Below are positions 12,886-24,618 of a DNA stretch of 64,000 bases, one piece after another. The DNA is from Takakia lepidozioides (taxonomy: Eukaryota > Plantae > Bryophyta): the NCBI GenBank assembly GCA_030704615.1, contig CM060731.1, positions 79,980,001-80,044,000 on the forward strand. Reading direction: 5' to 3'. The position numbers and the translations under genes are program-made. Within the stretch, counting starts at the first letter, position 1. Every line of letters begins with the position of its first letter. The notes beneath the pieces were generated by a model, which saw only the letters and a list, made by a program, of their open reading frames with translations, had not been told where the DNA came from and did no database searches.

Positions 12886-15794
12886 AAGTGGAGTCAGCTG
12901 GCAGTGACTCGAGGAGCAGCACGAGTTCCTGAGCCACGGGGTGCGGAGGTGGAGTTGGATCCACAGCGTGGGGATGCAAGCTGTCAGGCCAGGCTTCCTC
13001 AGTCATTCACATTGGCGGAGACAGTGTCAACGCCGTCCATGACACCTAGTTCTTGCCCGACTGTTACCGAGGCAGAGGTTACTATGCCATTGGGGAGAGC
13101 TACACGGGCAGCACCACTACCTAGTGTTGCCAAGGCTACGGCAGCTAGTGTACTACTAGGGGCGGCCACAGCTGTGTGCCAGGCTCCATTGTTCTCGGCT
13201 ACCATGATTGTGACGCCGGGGGTAAGACCAGCTGAGGTGTTCAGGCTAGCAGCTACACTCTGTGAGAGTGGGGAGGTTACTTCATCTTCTGCGGAGATAG
13301 TGGGAGGTGTAGTGCTAGAGGGATCCTCGGATTTGAGGGTCAAGACTGCCATGGCGGCGCCATGACAAGCTCCAATTGCCAGGTTGTTAGAGCTGCCAGC
13401 TAGGCCAGCCATTGAGCGCGCCATGGTGACACCTGGAGTTGTCATGTTAGACAACCAGGATGACATTTTCTATTTGAGTGGACCGGCAGGCAAGTGGTAC
13501 TGGCCACTGCGGGTCTTGTTGGACTCGGGAGCTCAGCCATTGATGCTGGGTAGAGCTGGTATTGCAGGCTTGAGCCTCACGGAGGCGGATATGGAGCCGT
13601 GCCCTTTCCAAATACAAACATCTCTGGGAGGATCATAGCAGGCTCGGGGCATGACACGGCGTGAGCTGGCTATCAGACTACAGCCGGATCATCCGATAGA
13701 TGGCTCAATGATGAGAGCCAAGGCCATTGTGACAGACGCGGTCTCGTACGATGTCCTTGTTGGTGGGGCAGTGTTGTACCCCATGGGCTTCACCCTGGAT
13801 TTTTTGGATGATTCAACTTCCTATATGCCTAGATGATAGTCAGGGGAGGGCCGGCGTATGCAGCTCCCTGTGACGTCCATGGGAGGAGTTGCGGTTGCCC
13901 AGCGAGGCAAGATGCCAACACTGGTAACATTCACAGCTGCAGTGACTTGGCCTGGAGAGTTGTTGGATGGCAACACTCATTCACAGGATGTGTCACCTCC
14001 GGGAGAGCAGGATGACATGTATGGTATGGCAGAGTTGCCTGCCATGGTTGCTCACACTCCATTGTGGGGCTCAAGCAAGGATTTGCAGCGGGTTGCTGAT
14101 CGACAAGTGCAACAAGCCTGGGTAGAGGCTTTTGTACCGTCAAGAGAGGAGGACGGTGCGGGGATTGCGCCAGGTCCACCTCAGTTGTCTCCATTGGACA
14201 CCACACCAATCGTGTGGCAGTGTTCGGATGAAGGCATTTGCCTTCTGGATTTGTTTGGCCGGATCAGCACCGGATTGGCTGCTATTCTACAGGCAGGTGT
14301 ACGAGTTCGGCGTTACTTGTATGTGGAGAAGGATGAGACTGCACGACATGTCTCCCTACACCATGTTACTCACGTATCTGCGAGTGCCAGATACGAGTTA
14401 GTTGTAGCACTTGTGGTTTTTGCTTGAGAATGAGAGAAACCAAGTTGTTATGCAAGGAGCACCGTGGAGCTCTTGGTTGTTAGAAGCGGAGGCGATGTGG
14501 GTTACGAGGTGGTAGACCTCGGCATTCGATCTGCAGCTTCAGAGATGAAAGCACCATGCTGCAGGTAATTCCAAAGCACCTTGATGGTTTCAGATTGTGT
14601 ACATGCATGAGCAAGCACGATTGGGAAGAGGACCAGTCAAGAGCAGGTTATAGTGGCTTTGGTGGCAAAGCTGAGAACTGGACTTGGGAATGCGAGCTTT
14701 CATTGTGTGAAGGATTGCAAGACCAAGCGAAAAGGCTGATTTGGCTTGGGGCAAATCAGTGCACTTTGTGGAGTATGTTGAGAGTGGGTTTCAATCTCGA
14801 GCTTCATTGAGAGGCTCTTGTCATGGCAAGAGCAGGGCTGGAACATGAGCTAAGAGGTGCGGCAAGGCCATGGAATGTGCACCTAGGGTTTCAGAGCTTG
14901 GAAGAAGAGCTCTTGCACCACAAGAGGAGTGTCTTGTGGCTGGAAATGTAAGCCTTAAGGTTTCAGGAGCTTGGCAAAGGTTGTGGAGTGCTTAGTCTTG
15001 TCTTAGAGAGCATCAATGAGCCAAGGAGCCAAGATAGGGGCTGATAACCTCTTGTGTGAAGAGGTTGCATGTGTGGAGCATATATTCAGCTCATTGAAGC
15101 TTCCATCTTCAAGCTTGGAGGGCAAGCAAGGAAGATGGAAGGGGCTGGTTTCCCTGTAGGGATGTGTTGGAGCATGCTTCCAGCCCGCTGAAGCTTGTAT
15201 TTTCAGGTTGGTGGGTGCAAGAAAGGAAGCAAAAGGGGGAAATTCTCTTGTGGTGAGAGGGGGGCATGTGTGGAGCATGCCTTCAGTCCATTGGGCTTTT
15301 GTTTTCAAGCTTTAGAGAACTAGAAGAGAAGGTAAGGGGCTGATATGCTCTTATGTGACAGTCTGACACTTGTAGAGCGTGTTCTTAGTTGGGGTTTCAA
15401 CCTCAAACCTAGATAGAGCATGGCTCTTGAAGTGGCAGATGTAGGGGGCTGGAATAGGCTCTAAAACAGATGCTATGGCCAAGGAAAACGCTTGAATGAG
15501 TGCTCACAAGGGCTGGAAACCAGCAAGGCTTGGTTGTTTGCCATTGAGTTTAGTGGCGTGTTTGGGGAATCTAAGTGAGAAAGAAGGCTTGGTTTGTGAC
15601 AACCATCTTCCTCATGGCTTAGGGCTACTATTGGTGGTGTGTGGGAGCCAAAAGAGCAAGAATATCTTGCTGATTTCTTCACAGCCGCCATAGCTCGGTG
15701 CAAAGAAGCCTAGAGTCCAAGAGACACAAACCCTAGCTTGGCGTGGCTAAACCCCTTGGAGAAATGGCTAAACTGCCATGAGTGGCCATGGATG

Positions 15795-16200
15795 GGGCTG
15801 TGACGGGCTGTGACGGGCTGTGACAGGCTGTGCCCTGTGGCATGTGGGGCTGTGAGGGGCTGTAACAAGCTGTGCCCTATGGCCTGTGGGGCTGTGACGG
15901 GCTGTGCCCTGTGCCCTGTGACCCCTGTGACCTGTGTAGGGCTGTGACAGGTTGTGATGGGCTGTGAGGGGCTGTGGCCTGTGGCCTGTGGGGCTGTGAC
16001 GGGCTGTGACAGGCTATGACAGGCTGTGGCCTTTGGGGCTGTGACCCCTCTGACCTATGTAGGGCTGTGACGGGCTGTGACAGACTGCGGCCTGTGGGGT
16101 TGTGACCCTGTGACCTGTGTAGGGCTGTGACAGGCTGTGGCCTGTGTGGGGCTGTGACGGCTGTGACCAGTGAGCTGTGTGGGCCTGTGCTGGTCTGTGG
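15795..16200. repeat. GGGCTGTGAC decamer-based tandem array in copy-2 5' UTR
   Basis: Many imperfect gggctgtgac / cctgtg units. Confidence 0.9.
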
Positions 16201-16869
16201 TGGCCCGTGTTGACCTGTGGACGGCCTGTGCTGACTCGTGGAGGCACTGGTGGACTGCCTAAGGACTGACGTGTGGTCTTGAAGGCCGAATTTTGAAGCT
16301 CGTGGAGGGCGGTTTGAGGAGTATCTTCATGATATTCCCATGGTCATACAAGTGAGAGAAGAGAGGAGAGGAAGAGTGTTGGGATGAGGGCATGTTGGGG
16401 TTAGGCATTGCTTTAGCTTCTCTTCCTCGTAGTTTCCACCCTCTCATTAGGCCAAGACCTTTCCGTAGGTGGAGGCAAGAGTCAGTCCGGGTTTGGGCTG
16501 GGTTGTCCTTGCAGGAGCAACACCGTGGAGTTGTTTTTGGTGTGGGGGAGTTGTCGTTCTGATTTCTTGTGTTTGGATCCTCTCCATACCTGCATGCTTG
16601 ACTGTGCGCCATGCTAGTTTTGTGTGGGCGCTTGTTTTTATAGGTGATTGGTCCGGATTTGATCACCGGCCAGTCCTAAAGCATGCTGTCGATGGTGAGG
16701 CTGGGGTGATGACCAGCCAGACCATCATTGTTTCTCCTGTGGTGAGGTTGGAGGTGATGACCAGCCAACCATAGGAGTGCTTGCGGTGGATGCAGGTACA
16801 GGTGTAGGCTATGTTATGAACTTAGTATTCCAAACCATAAGCCGCAACAGGTTCTCTACCCGGTTACCT

Positions 16870-18588
16870 TGTGGAGAGGGGGTTAGGGACATGTTCATGA
16901 CCGGTTGAATGACAGTTTGTCAACACGGAGGTGCCACTAGTTGCTGGGGACAGTGCCGGTTTGAGTACTAGCGATACTAGTGGGTACACAAGACGAGGTG
17001 TGCGGTTTAGGCCACCTTCACCTCCTGTGTCTTCTACGGAAGGTTCTGATTCGGATTGTGAATCAGGATGACTCATACCGGCGGTGCAAGTGTTTTCCTT
17101 GTCATTGTTGTGGGACACAATGGATGAGATGTATGGAGCTACCAAGGGGCCACGAAGGTACTCTGGGGTGGTGAGCACCATCGAATTGGATGATTTTATC
17201 CAAGAGTTTGATAGTTGGTGTGATTTGCAGCAAATGCGCAATCCACAACTATTTACGTCTTTCATGGCATGGAAGGGGCTGTTTCAGCACCTTGAGGGGC
17301 CGCCTATGGATGATTACCATGAGTCCAGGTGGGGGCATGAGGTTGAGATCGAGGAGTGGAGGATGTACTGGTCACCCGACTATGTCTCCATCACTAGGGG
17401 CACTAGAGCCACGAGGGCAGTGGCTACACCTGCCGCTGCACCGGCAGCAGTGGGACTAGTGGGACTGGTGGTACAGTAGCTACGATGTCCACCTAAGCCA
17501 CTACTGCACCAGCACTAGTACCCGTGTCTGCCTTCAACCCTGTTGTGGAGTTCTTCGAAGAGTTGAGAGGGAACTACCAAGGGGTGAGGACAGAGAAGTT
17601 GCGGAGCTTGCAATAGTTCCAATGGAAGCCGACCGAGAGCTTGAGGGAGGCTTTCACTCGTATGAGATGCTTGATAAATGTAACCCAAAAGGGTTACGGA
17701 AGCTCAGGCAGTCCAATTCTGGTATGGGATATTGGACAAAGAGCTGAGGAGAAGGGTGCGGGATGCAACTCTCCCTACAAGCGGTCCAAACCCACCTTAG
17801 CAAATGTGTTTTTGCTGGCAGAGCGGATAGAGCTCAACATGGTGGAGGAACGAGTGGTCATGGTGGGATTTGCTAAGGAGACACCACAGGATAGTGGTGC
17901 TCCTAGCCAATCACTACCTCAACGTGCTCAAGGCAACAAGGGGGCTCAGGTGAAGCTCAGAGAAGGCCAGAGAGGACCTCAGATGTAGGGGTCTCTCCCT
18001 TCATTTGCTGGCCAACAACGGGCGGATGTGGTGTGCTAGACATGTGGAGGACCCTATGCTAAGAAGGATTGCACAGAGGGAGGCAAAGGGCCGGCACATG
18101 CACAGCCTGCACAGTTGCAGTGTGGGCATTGTGGCAAGCACGGGCATAGAGAGGCCCAGTGTTATGGTTTGCATCCTGAGTTGCGCCCAGGCCAGTTCCA
18201 AGGGAACAATGGTGGCCGGGGGCGAGGTGGAGCAGCCCAGAGAGGACGAGGTGGCCAGGCACAAGGTGCAGGCCAAGGGCAAGCTCAATATGGCCAAGGA
18301 CGCGGAGGTCAGGGTGTTGACCAAGGCATGGCCAAACAGCTTCAGCAGCTAGAGCAGTTGCTCGCTGCCATGGCTACAGCTCAGGTGGTACCGGCTCGAA
18401 GGCCGGATGGTCCACCTCCTGCTCCTGAGAGAGGAGATATGGAAGGCATGGGATTCATGAACGGAGCAGCACTACCACTAGTGCAGGTGGAGTCTGCTGC
18501 AGCCATGACTCGAGGAGCAGCACGAGTTCCTGAGCCACGAGGTGCAGATGTGGAGTTGGAGGCAAGCCGTCGGGCTAGGCTTCCTTAA
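16870..18588 (+). pseudogene. Retrotransposon gag (copy 2) with CCHC zinc knuckle
   Basis: ELDDFIQEFDSWCDLQQM..., ESLREAFTRM..., CGHCGKHGHREAQC followed by a GRG-rich stretch; stops and frameshifts. Confidence 0.8.
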
Positions 18589-19794
18589 TCATTCACATTG
18601 GCGGAGACAGTGTCGACGCCATCCATGGCACCTAGTTCTCATCCGACTGTTACCGAGACGGAGGTTATTATGCCATTGGGGAGAGCTACACGGGTAGCAC
18701 CACTACCTAGTGTTGCCAAGGCTACGGCAGCTAGTGTGCTGCTAGGAGCGGCCACATCTGTGTGCCAGGCTCCATTGTTCTCGGCTACCATGATTGCGAC
18801 ACCCGGGGTAAAACCAATTGAGGTGTTCAGGCTGGCAGCTACACTTTGTAAGAGTGGGGAGGTTACTTCATCTTTTGCGGAGATAGTGGGAGGTGTAGTG
18901 TCGGAGGGATCCTCGGATTTGAGGGTCAAGACTGCCACGGCGGGGCCATGGCAAGCTGCAGCTGCCAGGTTGATGGAGCTGCCAGCTAGGCCAGCCATTG
19001 AGCGTGCCATGGTTACACCTGGAGTTGTTAGACAACCAGGATGACATTTCTGTTTGAGTGGACCGGCAGGCAAGAGGTAGGCCACTGCGGTCTTGTTGGA
19101 CTCGGGAGCTCAGCCATTGATGCTGGGCAGAGCTGCTATTGCAGGCTTGGGCCTCACGGAGGCGGATATGGAGCCTTGTCATTTCCAGATATAGACGAGC
19201 AGGCTCGGCGCATGACACGGCGTGAGTTGGCTATCAGACTACGGCCGGATCACCCTACAGTTGGCTCAGTGATGCCAGCCAAGGCCATTGTGACAGACGC
19301 GGTCTCATACGATGTCCTTGTTGGTGGGGCAGTGTTGTACCCCATGAGCTTCACCCTAGATTTTTGGGAGGAGTCAGCTTCCTATAGGCCTGCATGGCAG
19401 TCAGGGGAGGGCCGGCGTGTGCAGCTCCCTGTGACGTTCATAGGAGGAGTTTGCGGTTGCCCAGCGAGGCAAGATGCCGACACTAGCAGCATTCACAGCG
19501 GCAGTGAGTTGGCCTGGAGAGTTGCTTGAGGGCAACGCTCATTCAGAGGATGTGCCACCTCCGAGACAGGATGACATATATGGTATGGCGGAGTTGCCTA
19601 CCATGGTTGCTCAGACTCCATTGTGGGGCACGAGCAAGGATTTGCAGCGAGATGCTGATCGACGGGTGCAACAAGCCTGGGTGGAGGCTTTTGTACCGTC
19701 AAGAGAGGAGGAGAGTGCGGGGATTGCACCAGGACCACCTCAGTTGTCTCCATTGGATACCACACCTATTGTGTGGCAGTCTCCGGATGAAGGC

Positions 19795-20760
19795 ATTTGT
19801 CTTCTTGACTTGTTTGGCGGGATCAGCACCGGATGGGCTGCTGTGTTACAGGCAGGTGTACGAGTTCGGCGTTACCTGTATGTGGAGAGGGATGAGACTG
19901 CAGGACGCGTTTCACTTCGCCATGTTGCTCAGTTGGTGCAGCGGTACCCTGAGTTGTTGCCGATGTCTGCAGTTCGTGGATATCAATAGGCCTTGCCAAC
20001 AGACATTTCATTGCTGGGGACGAAGGATTTGGAGCGGGTTGGCTCCATTGATCTAGTAGTGGTAGGTTGGCCCTGCCAAGGGCATTCATCAGCCGGGCAT
20101 GGCAATGGATTGCGAGACTCGAGGTCAGGTCTGTTTTGGGTGATAATGCGGGTTTTGCGCCACTTGCAGCTTCATCAAGCTGTATCTCCAGCAAACATCT
20201 TGGAGAATGTGCCGCTGATGGGCGATTCTCGGGCCAGGGTGATGGCCAGTGTGCATCAAGTCCGGTCGTGGCTTGGGTCAGCAGTGTTGCTAGATGCAGC
20301 TACAATGGGGTCACGGACTCATCGTCCACGCCTATGGTGGACTAAGTTGATGCCACCCGCACTACTCAAGCGTGCATTTGATGGGGTGCAGCGGCCAGCA
20401 CATCTCACAGTGGATAGCATTCTGGACATAGGGAGGCAGTCTCAGCGTGTGAGACACGATGACCGTTCGCATTTGGCAGTGGTCAACAAGGTGGGTCAAC
20501 CACGAGCAGCATTACCTACATTGCTCAGCTTCCCAGGATCGCATGCTTTCCGGGATAGTGGACCTGGCCTCCTGTGGGGTGCTCAATTGCAGCAGTTAGT
20601 GGAGCCTAATGCTGACGAGCGTGAGCGGGCAATGCGTTTTACCACTGGTACCACGGCGGTGTCGTCTCTTTCTGAGGCATTACGTTGTCAGGTGTTGGGG
20701 CAAGCAATGGATCTCAATTGCTTGACCTGGATTATCAGCTTGGCTATGGCTGAGCAACGC
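19795..20760 (+). pseudogene. C5 cytosine DNA methyltransferase domain (DNMT3/DRM-like) embedded in pol between protease and RT
   Basis: Motif I LLDLFGGISTG (19795-19833), II YVERD, III TDI, IV IDLVVVGWPCQ (catalytic PC 20071-20076), V GLRDSRSGLF, VI ILENV (20203-20211), VII LLDA, VIII HRPRLWW, IX ERERAMRF, X LGQAMD; one in-frame TAG at 19987-19989. Confidence 0.93.
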
Positions 20761-21169
20761 AGAGTGCGGAGTACACTTCCCTCGATGGTCTCTCTGCCTA
20801 CCGAGACGGTACAGGCAGTGAGTGGGGGCGAGCATGTGAGGTCCACGGGGTGCAGGCATCCATGGCACACGTGGGAGGTGCTCGAGGTTTAGAGGGAGTT
20901 GGCAGCCAAGGTGGCGGTGATAGATGAGGTTGGGGATTTTTCTCGGGTGGAGGAAGTCCTTGAGGATGAGATGATGGGGCAGGATGAGGCCTTGTCACTG
21001 ACTGAGCAGGTAGGGAGTACTGCTCAAGAGGTTGCAACATAGCAACCACTGGACGCGTCCTCTACCTCTAAGCCCACTGGACTTAAGGTTGCAGTTACGG
21101 AGGGAAATTGGGAGCCTGACGTTGGACCCATTGTCACCGGAGGAGAGAGATGACGTATACGGCGGTTCC

Positions 21170-21960
21170 TGAGGGCTTACAGGAATTGCTTTGCCTTCAA
21201 TTTGAAGGACTTGGGAGCACTGAAGGGTCAAGAGATCCGTATTGAGTTGGCCACTGACACGCCAATCTTTCGGAGACCCTATAGATACAGTGACATGGAG
21301 AGGTCTTTGATTCAGATGAGGACTCAAGATCTCTGGGAGGCAGGTTTGGTGGAGCTCTCTAGTGGAGAGTATGCTTCAGCCACAGTGATGCCAGCCAAGA
21401 AGGATGTCTATGGCAATTGGATGGAGAGACGTATGTGCGGTGATTACCGGCCTGTAAATTGTCAGACCAAGTCCGATAAGTATGCCATGCCAACACCAGA
21501 GGAGATCTTTGATGCCATCGGGCATGCTAAGGTCTTTAGCACTTTGGATTTACGATCCGGATATCACCAGTTGCCAATCAAGGGGCGGACAAGCAGAAGA
21601 CGACATTATGGGGGATCAATGAGCACGGCAAGGATTGCCTATATCAGTGGCAGTTCTTACCATTTGGGCTTAAGAATGCTCCTGCAGAGTTTCAGAGAGT
21701 CATGGATAGGATTCTAGCAGGGGTGGACTTTGCTCGGTGCTACATAGATGACATCATCATTTTTAGTGTTACGGTGGAGGAGCATGAGAGACACCTTCAG
21801 GTGGTATTGGAGCGTTTGAGAGGGTACGGATTGAAGTTGCATCCGGGGAAGTGTAAGTTTTTCCACAACCAGATTGAGTATCTGGGTCACATGATATATC
21901 CTGGAGGATTGGGGGCAGCAGACTAAGGTAGAGGCCATTGCACAAATTCCACGCCCCACG
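21170..21960 (+). pseudogene. Ty3/gypsy reverse transcriptase (frameshifted)
   Basis: PIFRRPYRYS, RRMCGDYRPVN, FSTLDLRSGYHQ, PFGLKNAPAEFQRVM, CYIDDIIIFS, GKCKFF..IEYLGH. Confidence 0.95.
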
Positions 21961-23040
21961 GATGTGAGCCGAGTTCGAGCTTTCATGGGGTTGGCAAACT
22001 ATTATAGACGGTTTGTCAAGGGATTTAGTATCATTGCAAAGGCTCTAACCAAGCTGACCAAGGTGGATCAGGAGTGGCAGTGGGAAGATGAGCAGGAACG
22101 AGCTTTTCAAGAGCACAAGACGAGGTTGACCTCGGTGCCTATCCTGAGACGACCTATCAGGGGGCGTCCCTTTCAGCTGCATACGGATTGGAGCATGCTG
22201 GGGCTTGGAGCGGTGCTCACACAGGTGGATAATGAGGGAAGAGAGTTCGTAGTGGCTTATGCTAGCCGCTCGAACAACGCTGCAGAGGCTGCATATGCAT
22301 TCCTGGATCGAGTGCTTAGCCGATTCGGTGCTCCAGCTGAGGTACTCACGGACCAAGTGAGAGAGTTCTTGGGGGAGTTTTAGGCTTTGTGTGATAAAGC
22401 CTTGATAGACCACCGTACCACTTCTCGGGATCATCCTGAGGCCGATGGCTTGGCAGAGAGAGTGGTTCAGATAGTGAAGAGGGGTTTGCGCAAGTATGGC
22501 TTGCAAAATGGACACTTAGGAGATTGGGATCTTTAGGTACCTTGGTTAGCCATGGGCTACAGGTTCAGCAAACAAGCATCACTTGCCTCCTTCTCACCAT
22601 ATTTCCTTCTCTTTGGCCGAGAGCCTGATTTGTCTGCATCTATTCGCAGGGAGGCTGCAGTAGTCCTCAACCTTGATGATCCGGATGTGTGGACACAAGC
22701 ATGTGCCCAGCGGGCAGAGTTGTTCAAGAGAATCATGACTATGGCTTTTGAGAATCTTGCTATTGCCCAACACCGAGACACATTGAGGTATGTCACTATA
22801 CGTGGAGGGGGATATCGGCCAGGTGTTTGGCGTTTCCACCCTGGGGACTATGTGTATCTGCAGCAGACAGCCCTACGACCTTGAATGTCACAGCATGACG
22901 TGTAATTCTAAGGGTCAGGGAGGTGTTGCCTTCAGGAGTGTTGATTCTGGAGGGTCGAGATGGCATGGTATGGAAGGACCATGTGTGTAATTGTGCGCCA
23001 TGTCACCTTCCACATGTGGATGAGATGATAGATCCCAAAC
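21961..23040 (+). pseudogene. RT connection / RNase H N-half fused by deletion to integrase core and C-terminus
   Basis: VRAFMGLANYYRRFV, FQLHTDWSMLGLGAVLTQ, AYASRSNNAAE then directly AYAFLDRVLSRFGAPAEVLTDQ...HPEADGLAER, SPYFLLFGREP, FHPGDYV. Confidence 0.9.
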
Positions 23041-23067
23041 TTGGCAGTGGTACCTGCAGGATTGCGT

Positions 23068-23211
23068 TGCATGCTATGTGCGCATACTCGTGGTGCCATC
23101 ACTATGCTGGTGTGTGATCGATGCTCAAGAGGTTGGCACATAGGATGCTTGACACCACCTCTTGAGAGGGTTCCTGATGGAGATTGGTTATGTCTATACT
23201 GCTTGGGATAG
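23068..23211 (+). CDS. PHD zinc finger at the integrase C-terminus (not in the ORF track)
   Basis: Frame from 23041: LAVVPAGLR-CMLC-AHTRGAITMLV-CDRC-SRGW-H-IG-C-LTPPLERVPDGDWL-CLYC-LG*; C4-H-C3 pattern with the PHD P.G.W.C..C motif. Confidence 0.93.
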   Translation, partial: CMLCAHTRGAITMLVCDRCSRGWHIGCLTPPLERVPDGDWLCLYCLG

Positions 23212-24311
23212 TGACAGTGGATATGACTAGTGGCAGCTCACAAGACATGGGAGGCCAAGCTCATAGGAGTCAATACCCAAGATCTCAAGCTCAAGTTCAC
23301 AGGTTGCAAGACGACGACTAACGATGGGGCAACTCTTGTACCCGACCTCTTGATCTATCGAGTTTGAGTGTAGTAGGGACAGTGGTGGAGGCACTACAAC
23401 ACACCCTATGTAATTTCGACGATTTAGTTTGACGCTGGCGTTGACTGTTGTCACTTTCGACTGTTCCAACCATTTTGCAGTCAGAATTTATATTAAAATA
23501 TTCGAGGTGCTAGACAACCGCGAAAAATTTGACTGTAGTGAGAGATTTTGACTACCTAAAATGAGCTGACTGAAACAACCATGTGTAATCACAATATATA
23601 AATTATATATAGCAATATATACGTGGATAATAAGAAGTAAAAACATTTAACTATTTTTTCACTGACCCAACACATTAATAGTAAACTAATCGTGTGTTGG
23701 TTAAGGTTAGTGAAACAAAGCAACTGAATTATCTGAACAAATGATAAACAAACGCCTTGCTGGCAGCTGTTGGATGAACGTATGAAATATAATTTGTGTG
23801 CACTGGATGAACGTATGAATGAACGATAAAGCAAACGCCTTGCTGGCAACTATTGGATGAACGGAAAATTAAATGGATGGATGGATAGATTGATGGAAAA
23901 CCCAAAATCCATCCATCTACGATACATTCATCCAAATAATTCAAAATGGATTTAGGGTTGCGGGATTGCGTTCAGCGACTTGATCGTTTTGCTGTGTTTG
24001 CGTGGGAGGATCTGCAGGATATGCAATAGCTTGGGTGGACAACCGCAATGGCAAGGTGTGGCTTTTCTTAATGTACGATGTGAAGAGTTTGTCCATCCTG
24101 CAAATGTGGGGCTCTCTTAGTACCATGATTTGGTATTCTTCCCGATGTTTACAAGGTTCTTGGGAGAGTCGGCTTGGTCTTAGCAGGCCGTGTTTCAATC
24201 TCCGCCCGCTCAGCTGCATCGTGGTGTTCTCGCATACCAATCCTCTCGCAGACCAATCCGACATTACCTGACTACAGACACAAGCAGCACACACAAGAGG
24301 TGGTCAGTCAA

Positions 24312-24423
24312 ATCCTCGATGGGTCAAAGCTCTTACATGAAGGCAGCTGCTGCATTGCACGAGACTGACCCGTTGAAGAAACCTAAGCAGGATCGTTATG
24401 CGCTGCGTACTTCCCACAATGGC
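24312..24423 (+). pseudogene. PAL: Captured phenylalanine ammonia-lyase fragment
   Basis: [33 protein letters not shown] matches the conserved PAL block ILDGSSY...[19 protein letters not shown]. Confidence 0.88.
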
Positions 24424-24618
24424 GGGTCCGCAGGTACACCTCTTATGTGGTTCACAAATATATTTGTTTACATCAAATGCCAGGGACTCTCAGTAGATTC
24501 TCCTCGTGAAGAAAGCTGCGAGAATTGGGGTAATTTCGGGTGGTTAGAGAAGAAGGAGTTGTGAAGGAGAATTTGTATGGGTCTAGTAACGGATGGCCGG
24601 AGATGCTGCAATGTGTAG

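Larger units (their letters stand above)
8619..14372 (+). mobile_element. Ty3/gypsy copy 1 (LTR, 5' UTR, gag, protease, start of DNMT), 3'-truncated
   Basis: gag-like ORFs from 11137; zinc knuckle CGHCGKYGHGEAQC at 12391-12432; protease RVLLDSGAQPLMLG (D at 13522); methyltransferase motif I ICLLDLFGRISTG at ~14236; colinear with 16290-19930; homology stops at ~14372. Confidence 0.88.

Noticed and set aside
15795-16200. Regular short repeats as a CRISPR-like array
   Set aside because: No unique spacers; degenerate decamer tandem repeat in a eukaryotic retroelement UTR
19474-20892. Host DNMT3/DRM gene or bacterial contaminant methylase
   Set aside because: Intronless, lacks host accessory domains, lies between protease and RT, and starts at the same position in both element copies
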